Made by a program: the position numbers and the translations under genes | The notes under the pieces: model-generated | Seen by the model: the letters and a program-made list of their open reading frames with translations, nothing else | Databases searched by the model: none | Told to the model about the DNA's origin: nothing | Part shown: in pieces, positions 30,130-40,650 of the stretch | Layout: every line of letters starts with the position of its first letter | How positions within the stretch are numbered: the stretch's first letter is position 1 | Source of the DNA: Myxococcota bacterium | GTDB lineage: Bacteria; Myxococcota_A; SURF-8 | Reading direction: 5' to 3' | Assembly (NCBI GenBank): GCA_965140415.1 | Contig: OZ223209.1 | Coordinates: 1,664,001 to 1,728,000 of the forward strand | DNA length: 64,000 bases

Positions 30130-32754
30130 ATGGCTTGGACCATTTTGGTGGTCGATGACAGCCGCACCATCCAGGAAGCGGTGCGGATGACTTTTATCAA
30201 TACGGAATTCAACGTCATTGCGGCGCTGGATGCGGAAGAAGGATTGAAGCAGGCGAAGGCGTTATCGCCCAACCTGATTCTCGTCGATCTGCGTCTGCCG
30301 TTCATGGGCGGGTTCGAATTCTGTCGCGAGATCAAATCTCAACCTGAAACCAATCGTATTCCGGTCCTGCTGTTTGTGGGCCAGCAAGTGGAAATCGACC
30401 AGGTGCAATCCAAGGCCGTCGGCGCGCAGGGACATTTTTACAAGCCCTTTGCGACCCAGGATCTGATCGATCAAGCCACCATGATCTGCCAGGCTGCACC
30501 GGTTGAGGTGAAAGTCGAGACGAAACCGGAGCCGGAAGCTGCGGTACTTCAAGATGCTGAGCCGATGCTAGAGGCGGAGGCGGTTGAAGAGGAAGAGCTC
30601 GTGATCGAGGCGGAAGAGGTTGTGCCCGAAGCCGAGGTCGAGCTGGAGGAGCTTGTCGAAGCTGATGTTCAAGCTGAGCCGATAGCAGAACTGGAAGGCG
30701 AAGACGTTCTGCTTGAAGTCGATGTGGAACCGGAAGAAGCAGAGCCGATTCTTGAAGCCGAGCTCGAAGAGGAACCGGAGCCGCAGATTGAAGCCGAGCC
30801 ATTGGCAACCGATCAGTTGGGTGGCGGATTGGAAGACTTTGTGGAAGCCGAACCGCTGGACCAGGAAGTTTCAGAGGCTGAAATCGATGCCGACGACATG
30901 TTGGACGACGACTGGTTCGGAGAAGATCAGGGCGTCATTTCCACGGATGCCGTGGTGGCGCAAGCTCAACAGGAACAGGTGGGTTCCCAGCAATCGGAAG
31001 ACGATGCCAGGGCGAGCCAACCCGATCCGGAGATGATGCGAACTTCTTTCGATGGTGGTTTCGGGGCGCAACTGCGCCAGGATGCTCAACAGGCTGCCTC
31101 TATGCCGGAAGAAGAGGAAGCACAAGCTCCGGTGCAGGTTTCCGACGAGATGGCGGCTTCGTTGCTGGTCGAAATCGGAGCGGATGATGACGAGGACATC
31201 GCAGAAGCCGAAGCGGTCGATAATATCGATGAAGCTGTAGCGGTCGCCGACATGGTGGATGCAGATGCCATTATGGATGAGTTCGAGCTGGCAGAAGACG
31301 AAACGACGCAGCCGGCTACCGATGAAAGCGTACAGGAACTGGAACAGGCGGAATTGGATCGTTTGCGGCGTATGCCCTTAAACGAGCCGGAGCCCGTTCA
31401 GCAGCAGCAGGCCGAGCAGAAGGAAATGGATCCCTTCGGCTTGGGATTCGAGATGAGCGAAGATGAGGTCCAGGAAGCGGAAGCGGCGGAAGAACTCGAT
31501 ATGGAAGAGTTGGACTTCGATGTCGAAGCTGAACCGCTGGAGCCACTGGAAGAAGAGGAGCTGGAGCCGGTCGAAGAAGATCTTGAAGAACTGCTGCTGG
31601 AAGAAGAACCTGCCAGCGCGGAAGAAGATCAGTTGTTCGAACTGGAAGATGGCGTTGCCTTGGAAGAAGTTCAGGACGAAGCTGAGGTTGAAGAACCACA
31701 GGTGGAACCTGAACTCGAAGCTGAACCTGAAGCCGAGCTTGAAGCCGAGCCAGAAGTTGAGATCGAGTTGACCGTAGAATCGGAAGAGGGTGTTGTAACG
31801 ACGGAAACCTTTGTTGCCGATGAATCGGAAGAACTTGAAGCGATTGAGCCTGCGGATATCGGCACAGAAGAGGCGGACGTCGTTTCGCTGGCTGCCGTAG
31901 CTGCGGAAGAAGCCGTTTTGGATGAACCGGCGGAAGAGGAAGAGGCTGTCGAACCGGTCAGTGCCCCGGAAGAGGAATTCGTCGTCGAGCACAAAGAGGG
32001 AGTCGAAGCTCCTCTATCTGCGGGAGAGGGCTTGCCTTCACCCGAACAGATCCTGGCGTTGTTCAAAACCGCTGTGAGAGAGGAAATCAGTGTCGGGCTT
32101 GGGGAGTTGAAGGATTCTCTGCGCGAGATGTTGCGAGAAGAAGTAAAGGCGGCGGTGGCGGAGGAAGTACGCCAGATGCAGCCTGCCCAAATAGATGAAG
32201 AGCGGTTGGCGCAATTGGTAAGTCGTAACCAGCCGGAACCGGTCGAGCAAGCCCCGGCGGCTGTCGATACGGAAGCGTTGGCGGCGCTGGTTCGCGAGCA
32301 ACTGGAACAGACCTTACCGGAATTGCTGGAAAGTCAACCTAAACCGGCTGCTGTGCCCAGTAGCGGAGATGTAGCGCTGGCCGTGGCGCAGGTGCTCAAG
32401 CAGCCCTTGGCCGACATTCTCGATCTGCTCAGCACCCCGCCGAGCGAAGAGAAAGAGGATTTGGGCGAAGAGATTCATACCTGGATCAGTTCCGCCATGA
32501 GCGAACTGCCCTCTGCCGAGGAGGTAGGTCAGATCGTCAGCCAGGCTATGCAGGTCGTTTCACCTGCCGCAGGCTCGACGGCTGCCCCGTCCGTACCGGA
32601 CAATGTCGCCGATGCGGTGCGTAATGCGGTGCGTGAAGAAATGGGGCAATTGATCGGTCAGCAGACCGAAGCCATTGCCTGGGAAGTTGTGCCTGAACTG
32701 GCTGAGATCATCATTAAAAAGGAACTTGACCGCTTAACCGCGGACCGCGTATAA
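30130..32754 (+). CDS. romR: RomR-like polarity response regulator (receiver, very long acidic linker, conserved C-terminal helix)
   Basis: N-terminal REC domain ('ILVVDDS', 'LILVDLRLP', 'KPF'). C-terminal 'EAIAWEVVPELAEIIIKKELDRL' is the RomR signature. Directly upstream of valS, as in myxobacteria and Bdellovibrio. Confidence 0.88.
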   Translation: MAWTILVVDDSRTIQEAVRMTFINTEFNVIAALDAEEGLKQAKALSPNLILVDLRLPFMGGFEFCREIKSQPETNRIPVLLFVGQQVEIDQVQSKAVGAQGHFYKPFATQDLIDQATMICQAAPVEVKVETKPEPEAAVLQDAEPMLEAEAVEEEELVIEAEEVVPEAEVELEELVEADVQAEPIAELEGEDVLLEVDVEPEEAEPILEAELEEEPEPQIEAEPLATDQLGGGLEDFVEAEPLDQEVSEAEIDADDMLDDDWFGEDQGVISTDAVVAQAQQEQVGSQQSEDDARASQPDPEMMRTSFDGGFGAQLRQDAQQAASMPEEEEAQAPVQVSDEMAASLLVEIGADDDEDIAEAEAVDNIDEAVAVADMVDADAIMDEFELAEDETTQPATDESVQELEQAELDRLRRMPLNEPEPVQQQQAEQKEMDPFGLGFEMSEDEVQEAEAAEELDMEELDFDVEAEPLEPLEEEELEPVEEDLEELLLEEEPASAEEDQLFELEDGVALEEVQDEAEVEEPQVEPELEAEPEAELEAEPEVEIELTVESEEGVVTTETFVADESEELEAIEPADIGTEEADVVSLAAVAAEEAVLDEPAEEEEAVEPVSAPEEEFVVEHKEGVEAPLSAGEGLPSPEQILALFKTAVREEISVGLGELKDSLREMLREEVKAAVAEEVRQMQPAQIDEERLAQLVSRNQPEPVEQAPAAVDTEALAALVREQLEQTLPELLESQPKPAAVPSSGDVALAVAQVLKQPLADILDLLSTPPSEEKEDLGEEIHTWISSAMSELPSAEEVGQIVSQAMQVVSPAAGSTAAPSVPDNVADAVRNAVREEMGQLIGQQTEAIAWEVVPELAEIIIKKELDRLTADRV

Positions 32755-32875
32755 CCATTCCAGCCAAGGATCGACACTAACCTGTAACGATCCATTCAAC
32801 ACTCACGTTCGCCGAGCAGCCGGGAATGGTCCCTGGTCTGCTCGGTTTGCTATGACTGGCAATCCGGAGGAAACG

Positions 32876-35671
32876 ATGTCCGAACTGATCGACAAGGGCT
32901 ACGACCCGAGCCGTGTGGAAGAAAAATGGTATGAATTCTGGCGGGAAAACGGGTTTTTCCACGCCGATGAGAACGATAAAGACAAGCCGCCGTTTACGAT
33001 CTCGATTCCCCTGCCCAATGTAACGGGAACCCTGCATATCGGGCACGCGCTGATGACTTCCATTCAGGATATGATTATCCGCTGGAAGCGCATGAGTGGC
33101 TATAATACGCTGTGGATGCCGGGAACCGATCACGCTGGAATCGCCACCCAGATGGTGGTGGAAAGAAACCTGATCGCCAATGAAGGCATTACTCGTCACG
33201 ATCTGGGACGCGAAGCGTTTTTAGAGCGCGTTTGGCAGTGGAAGGAAGAGAAGGGCAATCACATCCTGAAGCAGTTGGAAGTGCTGGGCGCCTCGTTGGA
33301 CTGGGACCGTACACGCTTCACCATGGATGAGATCTGCTCGCGCGCGGTGCGTGAGGTGTTCGTCTCGCTGTATGAAGAAGGCTTGATCTATCGCGCCGAT
33401 CGCCTGATCAACTGGTGCCCGCGCTGCCGCACGGCGCTGTCCGATCTGGAAGTCGAGCATGCCGACGTCGCCGGTGAACTCTGGTCATTCGCCTATCCCT
33501 TCTCCGATGGCAGCGGGGAAATCATTGTGGCTACGACCCGCCCGGAAACGATGCTGGGCGACACGGCGGTGGCGGTGCATCCGGAGGACGAGCGCTACAA
33601 AGATCGCATCGGTCAAACGGTGCGGCATCCGTTGTTGGACTACGAATTCCCAATCGTCGGCGATGCCGAACTGGTCGATCCTGAATTCGGTACCGGTGCG
33701 GTGAAAGTCACTCCGGCGCACGATCCCAACGATTTCGAAACCGGTCTGCGTCACAACCTGGAATTCATCAACATTCTGAACGAGGATGGCACACTGAACG
33801 AAAAGGCCGGTCCTTTTGCCGGAATGGAACGTTTCGAAGCACGTAAGGCCGTCAAGGCGGCGATTGAAGAAAAGGGTCTGGCGCGTGGACGCCAGGATTA
33901 CGCCATGAGTATCGGCGGTTGCCAGCGCTGCAACACCGTGGTGGAACCGTTCATTTCCAAGCAGTGGTTCGTCAAGATCGAGCCGTTGGCCAAACCGGCT
34001 ATCGAGGCGGTGGAAAAGGGCGAAACGGTTTTTGTGCCTCAGAACTGGGAAAAGACCTACTACGAGTGGATGCGCAATATCCGGGACTGGTGCATCAGCC
34101 GTCAGCTCTGGTGGGGGCATCGCATTCCTGCCTGGTATTGCGAAGACTGCGGCCACATCACGGTCAGCCGCGAGGATGTTACCACCTGTGAATCCTGTGG
34201 CAGCGCCAAGCTCCATCAGGACGAAGACGTGCTGGATACCTGGTTCAGCAGCGCCCTGTGGCCGTTTAGTACGCTGGGGTGGCCGGAGAAGACACCGCAA
34301 CTGGAGACCTTCTATCCCAACAGCATGATGGAAACCGGCTTCGACATCATCTTTTTCTGGGTCGCACGCATGATCATGATGGGTATCCACTTCATGGGTA
34401 AGGTGCCCTTCGATACGGTGTACCTGCACGCCATGGTGCGCGATCATGAAGGCCGCAAGATGTCCAAATCGCTGGGCAACATCATCGATCCGCTGGATGT
34501 CATTTACGGCATCGGCGCGGAGGATCTGTTGCAGAAACGACAGAAAGATGCCGAGGCACTTGGAATTCTTCCCAAGCAGGTCAAGCAGATCGTCAAGGAC
34601 ACCAAGAAGCTCTTCCCGCAGGGAATACCGGCTTCCGGCGCGGATGCGCTGCGTTTTACTCTGTTGTCGATGGTCGGCGCGGGGCGGGACATCAAGCTGG
34701 ATATCAAGCGCGTGGAAGGCTACCGCTTTTTCGCCAACAAGATCTGGAACGCCAGTCGTTTCGCCATGATGAACCTGGAAGGCTACGACCCGGAGAGTAC
34801 GCCCAGCACCGAGTTTTACTCGCTGGCGGACCGATGGATTCTCTCGCGATTGCGGCGGGCGGTGTTGTCCGTCAACGAAAACCTGGAAAATTACCATTAC
34901 GACCAGGCGGCCATGGCGGTGTATCACTTCTTCTGGGATGAATTCTGCGACTGGTACATCGAACTTGCCAAAACGTCATTGTATAAACCCGAAAAACCTG
35001 AACAGCGCAGCAGCACCCAGCAGGTATTGGCGCGCATATTGGAAACCGCGCTGCGCCTGCTGCATCCTTTCATGCCTTTCGTGACGGAAGAGATCTGGCA
35101 GAAACTACCCAAAAAGGCAGACAGCCCCGCTTCGATCATGATTGCCGCGTTCCCGTCCGGTGAGGAACTGGCCGATGTGGCCGATTTCGAAGCGGATGAG
35201 CAGGCGATGAACGAAATCCAGGAGATCATCGGAGCGGCGCGCAACATTCGCGGCGAATGCGGCATCGAACCTGGAAAACGAATTCCCATGGTGTTGCAGT
35301 CTTCCGATGCCAGACTGCGCGAACTGGTGGATGCGCAACGTGCCTCGATTCTGGAACTGGCACGTATCGAAGAATTGACAATAACCGAACAGTTCGAAAA
35401 AACCGGACCGGCTGCAAAAGGCGTGGTTCCCAAGGCGGATCTGTTTGTGCCGTTGGCAGGCCTGATCGATCTGGAAGAGGAACTCAAGCGTGTTACCGGG
35501 CAACTGACCAAGGCGGAAAAGGAACTGGCTTCCTTGGTGCAGCGGCTTGGGAATCCGCAGTTTGTGGAGAAAGCTCCGGCGGAAGTGGTGCAGAAAGGGC
35601 GCGACCGTGAAGTGGAACTGCGCAACATCTGTGAAAAATTGACTGCGCATATCAAAGAACTGGAGAGCTGA
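32876..35671 (+). CDS. valS: Valine--tRNA ligase
   Basis: 'PNVTGTLHIGHA', 'DWCISRQLWWGHRIP', 'KMSKS', C-terminal coiled coil; GGAGG RBS. Confidence 0.99.
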   Translation: MSELIDKGYDPSRVEEKWYEFWRENGFFHADENDKDKPPFTISIPLPNVTGTLHIGHALMTSIQDMIIRWKRMSGYNTLWMPGTDHAGIATQMVVERNLIANEGITRHDLGREAFLERVWQWKEEKGNHILKQLEVLGASLDWDRTRFTMDEICSRAVREVFVSLYEEGLIYRADRLINWCPRCRTALSDLEVEHADVAGELWSFAYPFSDGSGEIIVATTRPETMLGDTAVAVHPEDERYKDRIGQTVRHPLLDYEFPIVGDAELVDPEFGTGAVKVTPAHDPNDFETGLRHNLEFINILNEDGTLNEKAGPFAGMERFEARKAVKAAIEEKGLARGRQDYAMSIGGCQRCNTVVEPFISKQWFVKIEPLAKPAIEAVEKGETVFVPQNWEKTYYEWMRNIRDWCISRQLWWGHRIPAWYCEDCGHITVSREDVTTCESCGSAKLHQDEDVLDTWFSSALWPFSTLGWPEKTPQLETFYPNSMMETGFDIIFFWVARMIMMGIHFMGKVPFDTVYLHAMVRDHEGRKMSKSLGNIIDPLDVIYGIGAEDLLQKRQKDAEALGILPKQVKQIVKDTKKLFPQGIPASGADALRFTLLSMVGAGRDIKLDIKRVEGYRFFANKIWNASRFAMMNLEGYDPESTPSTEFYSLADRWILSRLRRAVLSVNENLENYHYDQAAMAVYHFFWDEFCDWYIELAKTSLYKPEKPEQRSSTQQVLARILETALRLLHPFMPFVTEEIWQKLPKKADSPASIMIAAFPSGEELADVADFEADEQAMNEIQEIIGAARNIRGECGIEPGKRIPMVLQSSDARLRELVDAQRASILELARIEELTITEQFEKTGPAAKGVVPKADLFVPLAGLIDLEEELKRVTGQLTKAEKELASLVQRLGNPQFVEKAPAEVVQKGRDREVELRNICEKLTAHIKELES

Positions 35672-35672
35672 G

Positions 35673-36521
35673 ATGTCCGGGCGGCAACTGCATCCGCGCG
35701 ATTATCGGCGCATTCTCGATTTGGCGCTGGAAGAGGATTTGGGCGGTGGCGATTTAACCGCTGAAGCCTGTATTCCAGCCGAGCGGTGCATCATGGGGCG
35801 CTTGGTTGCCAAAGAGAGTTTCGTGCTGTGCGGTCTGGATGTCGCCAAGGCGGCATTTCTGGAATTGGACCCGGACTGCGAGTTTCCCTTTTCGGCCAAT
35901 GATGGCGATGCCGTGCAGCCGGGCGATGAATTGTTGCGAGTAAAAGGCCGGGCGCGGGCGCTATTAGGTGCGGAGCGCGTGGCGTTGAATTTTCTTCAGC
36001 GCTTAAGCGGTGTGGCAACCGTGACGAGTCGCTACGTCGATGCGCTGAAAGGAAGTTCGGTCTCGGTGGTGGATACGCGCAAAACCACACCGGGATTGCG
36101 GACTTTGGAAAAATACGCCGTGCACGTGGGTGGCGGGCGCAATCATCGCACCGGGTTGTTTGATGGCGTATTGATCAAGGAAAACCACATTCGTTCCGCA
36201 GGATCGATTGCGTTGGCCGTTTCTGCTGCACGGGAGCACGTGCATCATCTGGCGGCGGTGGAAGTGGAAGTGACGAACCTGGATGAACTGGATCAGGCGT
36301 TGCAGGCGAGAGCGGAAGTCGTAATGCTAGACAACTTCTCGCCGGAGCGCATCGCTGAGGCCGTGCAGCAGGTCAATGGACGCGCCAAGATCGAAGTCAG
36401 CGGCGGCGTGACCTTGGAACGTCTGGCAGATCTGGCGTTAGCCGGTGTGGATTACATTTCTGTCGGCGCTTTGACTCACAGTGCCCCGGCGGTTGATATT
36501 TCGATGTTGTTCGAACAGTAG
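35673..36521 (+). CDS. nadC: Nicotinate-nucleotide pyrophosphorylase (carboxylating)
   Basis: 'ERVALNFLQRLSGVAT', 'DTRKTTPGLR', 'NHRTGL', 'LIKENH', 'MLDNF', 'SVGALTHSAP'. Confidence 0.98.
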   Translation: MSGRQLHPRDYRRILDLALEEDLGGGDLTAEACIPAERCIMGRLVAKESFVLCGLDVAKAAFLELDPDCEFPFSANDGDAVQPGDELLRVKGRARALLGAERVALNFLQRLSGVATVTSRYVDALKGSSVSVVDTRKTTPGLRTLEKYAVHVGGGRNHRTGLFDGVLIKENHIRSAGSIALAVSAAREHVHHLAAVEVEVTNLDELDQALQARAEVVMLDNFSPERIAEAVQQVNGRAKIEVSGGVTLERLADLALAGVDYISVGALTHSAPAVDISMLFEQ

Positions 36522-36748
36522 AGCCGGGATCGTCACGATAACCGAACGATGGAAGGTCGCACGAAACTCTTGTTCATCGCCATGCAGAGCAGCGAGCATT
36601 CCGTTCGGTGAGTGCGTCAAGTCGAGTTCAGCAACTGGGATGTTCATCTGTTTCCATCCGAGGGCGCACTCTCAAAACTTCACCCCGACTGGCAGAATGT
36701 CATCGTTCATCAGCCAGTATTATTTGAACTGCTCCCCCGTTATATCCC

Positions 36749-36815
36749 GCCATTCTGAGGCGTAGCCGAGGAATCTATTGTAATTTCAAACAGATCTTTC
36801 GTCCCTCTCGGAATG
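36749..36815. repeat. Degenerate REP-like palindromic repeat
   Basis: GCCATTCTGAGGCGTAGCCGAGGAATCT...AGATCTTTCG...CTCGGAATG resembles the widespread GTCATTCTGAGC..AGCGAAGAATCT...AGAT.CTTCG..CTCAGAATGAC repeat class; the arms CATTC(T)GAG/CTC(G)GAATG pair. Confidence 0.5.
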
Positions 36816-37155
36816 TTCACACGCTACTCGCAAAAAAAATAACCAAACAATGACAGCCATGAAATCTCCTATAAACCTGCTCTAATGTCGGATTGCTTCT
36901 TTGGAGTTGATCGGTTACACTCATAGTGTTGTATGGAATTCTGGTAGGAATTGTTATTTTTGGTTGTAGGTGTGGACAATCAGGGATGAATTGCCTTTTC
37001 TTGACGGTTGGTCTTTCAGGTCATGAAGGATCGGTATTTGTTGACCGTTTCGTAATTACTCCAGAGAAGTTATGGTTTGTCTCGGTTTAACATTCGTGTT
37101 GTTGAGATGCATATTTTTCGGTTGTTCATGAGACTGCTACCAAGGAAAGTTCTGC

Positions 37156-40100
37156 ATGGTGTTTAAGAAGCCCATAAATAAAAGAGAGTTGATGTTTTGG
37201 GGCATCCTCTTTTTTGTTTCCCTGTTTTTACTGGGAGGATTTGCCTGGGGAGTGCTTGGGTATGCGTACAGCAATGACGTTGAGCAGATAAAAGAGCGGG
37301 GTCGCGATACGTTGGCCCAAATGCAGTACGTCGTTCCCCGCATAGAGGTAGAGCAACTCCAGTCTTATATCAATAATGTGTACCGAAGTTCGAAGCTTTT
37401 CAGCTATCTGTTGATCATGGATACAAAAGGGCTAGCCCTTGCGCATAGCGACCCGAGTCGAAAAGGAATGAGTTTTTACGAGGATGGGTTGCAACGGGCC
37501 GTAGCAACTGAGATGCCGATCGAGCAGGTGTATACCCGCGATGCGGACAAGCCTGATTCGCCACATCATGGGGAGAAAACCATAGATATTATGGCTCCTA
37601 CGTTTAACCAACGTGGCGAAGTGCAGTATGTGGTCAACATTGGAATATCTTTACGAACTTTGGAACAGATTCATGAGCTTTATTTCGGAATTACGATGTT
37701 TGGTGTTTTTATTATTTTACTGCTAATTGGAATCCCCGCGATTTTCCGATTTATTGCCATGCGAAAACACGCGATGCAGATTGAGGGCAATCAGCAAAAC
37801 CAGCGTATTTTGCTGAGTAACATTCAAAATCAAGTCTGGTATCTTACCGATGATCGCAGCTATGGTGATGTCAACAAGGCCCATGCGGATTACCTGGGCT
37901 CGACAATCGAAGCATTGCATGGCGCGGACCTGTACGATCTTTTCCCGAAGGAAATCGCGGACGATTTACGGCAGGGCAATTCAAAGGTTTTTGCAACAGG
38001 TCAAATGACGAAAACGGAAGAATGGGTTGTCAATGTCAAAGGAGAAAGACGACTGTTTTCTCTCATTCGGACACCGAAGCTGGATGAGGTAGGACAAGTT
38101 GAGTATGTGGTTTGTTCGGCGGAAGATATCACCGACCGGAAAAAAGCGGAACGTGAACTGAAGGAAAGCGAAGAGACGTTTCGGGCGCTGACTGAAAACT
38201 CCGGTGACGTGATTATGCGCTTCGACCGACAGTTTCGGCATTTGTATGTCAGTCCAGCTAGTGAAAAGCTGATCGGGATCCCCTCTGATCAATTTATTGG
38301 GAAAACTCATGAAGAGTTGGGGTTCGATTTGGATCTTTGCCACACATGGTGGCAAGCGATGCAACATGTCTTCGAAACCGCCGAGGTTATCCAGATCGAA
38401 TTCAAAATTCCCAATGGAGTGTGGATCGACTGGCTATTGATGCCGGAGTTCGATTCTAAAGGCAAAGTGAAATACGTCATCACATCCGCTCGCGATATTT
38501 CCACGCGGAAGCAATCGGAAGAGATTCTTAGAGAAAGTGAAAACAAGTTTAAAGCCCTGATCGATAACCTCAATGAAGCCGTGGCATTGCATGAAATCGT
38601 TTGGGATGAAGTTGGTAAAGCGTGTGATTTCATTTATCTCGATTGCAACCCGGCATATGAATGCCTTACAAAGCGTGCTAAAAGCGACCTTGTTGGCAAG
38701 CGTGTATCAGAAGTCTTTCCGGACCTTTTACAAGAGTGGACCCCAATATTTAGTGAGGTTGTCTCATCCGGAGAACCGACGACGCTTACCAGCTATTCGG
38801 CCTATCTGAATCTCCATCTGGAGATGCGAGTGTATTCACCCAAGGAAAATCTGGTGGCTGTGGCGCTATCCGACATTACGGCTCGTGTACTTTCCGATCG
38901 GGAAATGCGCCGAAACGAGCAGAGATTGTCGGTCGTGCTAAAAGGTGCCGGGGCGGGATTGTGGGAACTGGACCTGAAGCGAAATGAACTAACGGTAGAC
39001 CCCGCCTATGCTCACATGCTCGGGTACCAAGGCGCCGGATTGACGGTGAATCTGGATGAGCATACTTTTCACCCGGAAGATCAGCCTTCTATACTAAAGC
39101 AACTGTATGACCTGCAATCGGGGAAGGCCAGTTCATTTAAAGATGAATACAGGGTTTTGACTGCGACGGGCGACTATGTGTGGATATACTCCTGGGCTAC
39201 TATTCTTGAACGGGATGAAGCTGGAAAACCTGCAAAATTGGTGGGAGCAGGATTAGATATCAGTGACAGGAAAAAAGAAGAAGAGGAAAGGGATCGACTG
39301 GAAACCCAGCTTCGTCAAGCGCAGAAAATGGAGTCCATTGGGCGTTTGGCAGGTGGTGTGGCACATGATTTTAATAACCTGCTGACTGGCATTTTCGGCA
39401 ATGTTTCGATGGCGCGTATGGATGCCGTGCTTGATGAAGTTGCTGAGCAGGCTTTCGATGAAATTTTCCAGGCTGCGGAAAGCGCAGCCTCGTTGACTCG
39501 CCAATTGCTTGCGTTCTCACGCAAGCAGATGATAGAACCTCGCGTGTTGGATGTGAACGATCTGATTTCCAATCTCTCCAAGATGCTTCGCCGACTTATC
39601 GGGGAAGATATCGAATTGAAATTTACACCCAAGCCGGATACAGGGAATATTCGGATCGATCCCGGTCAGGCGGAACAAATACTCGTCAATCTGGCTGTCA
39701 ACGCCCGAGATGCCATGCCGGATGGTGGAAAACTGACGATGGAAGTTGCCAACGTCGTGCTCGATGAAAGTTACCTGGACGAGCACGCTCATTCCAAACC
39801 GGGCGAGTATGTGATGCTGGCGGTGTCGGACAATGGGATCGGAATGGATGAAGAAGTACGTTCTCAGATTTTCGAACCGTTTTTCACCACAAAAGGAAAA
39901 GGGAAAGGTACTGGGCTGGGATTGGCCACGGTGTTTGGAATTGTAAAGCAGAATAACGGGAACATCGAAGTGTATTCCGAACCTGGTGTGGGAACGACGT
40001 TCAAAGCATATTTTCCTCGAGTTCATGCTGAAGTAGAATCGCTGGTAAAGAAAGTGGAAAAGGAATTGATAACCGGAAATGAAACGCTGGTTTTAGTTGA

Positions 40101-40443
40101 AGATGAACCGATGGTTCGGAAACTTGGCGAGCGTGCATTGGTTCGGCATGGATACAAGGTTTATGCATACCCGGATGGGGATCACGCTCTGGAAGAATTG
40201 AAAGCGCTTGATGCCAAGGTGGATTTGCTGATCACCGATGTCGTTATGCCCGGTGTGAGTGGAAAGGTTCTGGCGGAAAAAGTGCGGGAAATGCGTCCTG
40301 GGACCAAAGTGCTGTTTACCAGTGGCTACACCGAGGATGCCATCGCGCATCACGGTGTTTTGGATGAAGGGATCCAGTTTATCGGAAAGCCTTTCACGCC
40401 GCGAAAGCTGGCTGAAAAGGTTCGAGAAGTTTTAGATGGATAA
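37156..40443 (+). CDS. Membrane-bound hybrid histidine kinase (Cache-like sensor, about 4 PAS domains, HisKA, HATPase, REC)
   Basis: Two TM segments around 'YLLIMDTKGLALAHSD'; PAS ends 'EDITDRK', 'RDISTRK', 'SDITAR', 'LDISDRK'; H-box 'GGVAHDFNNLL'; 'NARDAMP', 'GTGLGLA'; REC 'LLITDVVMP'. Confidence 0.96.
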   Translation: MVFKKPINKRELMFWGILFFVSLFLLGGFAWGVLGYAYSNDVEQIKERGRDTLAQMQYVVPRIEVEQLQSYINNVYRSSKLFSYLLIMDTKGLALAHSDPSRKGMSFYEDGLQRAVATEMPIEQVYTRDADKPDSPHHGEKTIDIMAPTFNQRGEVQYVVNIGISLRTLEQIHELYFGITMFGVFIILLLIGIPAIFRFIAMRKHAMQIEGNQQNQRILLSNIQNQVWYLTDDRSYGDVNKAHADYLGSTIEALHGADLYDLFPKEIADDLRQGNSKVFATGQMTKTEEWVVNVKGERRLFSLIRTPKLDEVGQVEYVVCSAEDITDRKKAERELKESEETFRALTENSGDVIMRFDRQFRHLYVSPASEKLIGIPSDQFIGKTHEELGFDLDLCHTWWQAMQHVFETAEVIQIEFKIPNGVWIDWLLMPEFDSKGKVKYVITSARDISTRKQSEEILRESENKFKALIDNLNEAVALHEIVWDEVGKACDFIYLDCNPAYECLTKRAKSDLVGKRVSEVFPDLLQEWTPIFSEVVSSGEPTTLTSYSAYLNLHLEMRVYSPKENLVAVALSDITARVLSDREMRRNEQRLSVVLKGAGAGLWELDLKRNELTVDPAYAHMLGYQGAGLTVNLDEHTFHPEDQPSILKQLYDLQSGKASSFKDEYRVLTATGDYVWIYSWATILERDEAGKPAKLVGAGLDISDRKKEEEERDRLETQLRQAQKMESIGRLAGGVAHDFNNLLTGIFGNVSMARMDAVLDEVAEQAFDEIFQAAESAASLTRQLLAFSRKQMIEPRVLDVNDLISNLSKMLRRLIGEDIELKFTPKPDTGNIRIDPGQAEQILVNLAVNARDAMPDGGKLTMEVANVVLDESYLDEHAHSKPGEYVMLAVSDNGIGMDEEVRSQIFEPFFTTKGKGKGTGLGLATVFGIVKQNNGNIEVYSEPGVGTTFKAYFPRVHAEVESLVKKVEKELITGNETLVLVEDEPMVRKLGERALVRHGYKVYAYPDGDHALEELKALDAKVDLLITDVVMPGVSGKVLAEKVREMRPGTKVLFTSGYTEDAIAHHGVLDEGIQFIGKPFTPRKLAEKVREVLDG

Positions 40444-40467
40444 AGCCGTTCTTCGTTTTCGTTCTAA

Positions 40468-40483
40468 AAGAAACATGTTTCTT
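40468..40483. promoter_or_regulatory. Perfect 16-bp palindrome, candidate transcription-factor site
   Basis: AAGAAACATGTTTCTT is its own reverse complement; it lies between the kinase and the USP/cytochrome operon. Confidence 0.4.
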
Positions 40484-40650
40484 CGGTTGCAATCGTGTCA
40501 TCATCCTGTACAGGAAAAATGATTGATATACCTTTTGGTTGCAGCAAAAATCACGGGTGTGGTAGACTGAAATCCTAGACGGGAAAGCAGGCGCGAGGCG
40601 GGCGCGTCCCCTTTGCGTTGCGATTCCACCTATGTCGTTCGGAGGATGGT

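Noticed and set aside
33485-34927. 480-aa minus-strand ORF
   Set aside because: Antisense shadow of valS; no recognisable motifs; expected from GC-rich codon bias.
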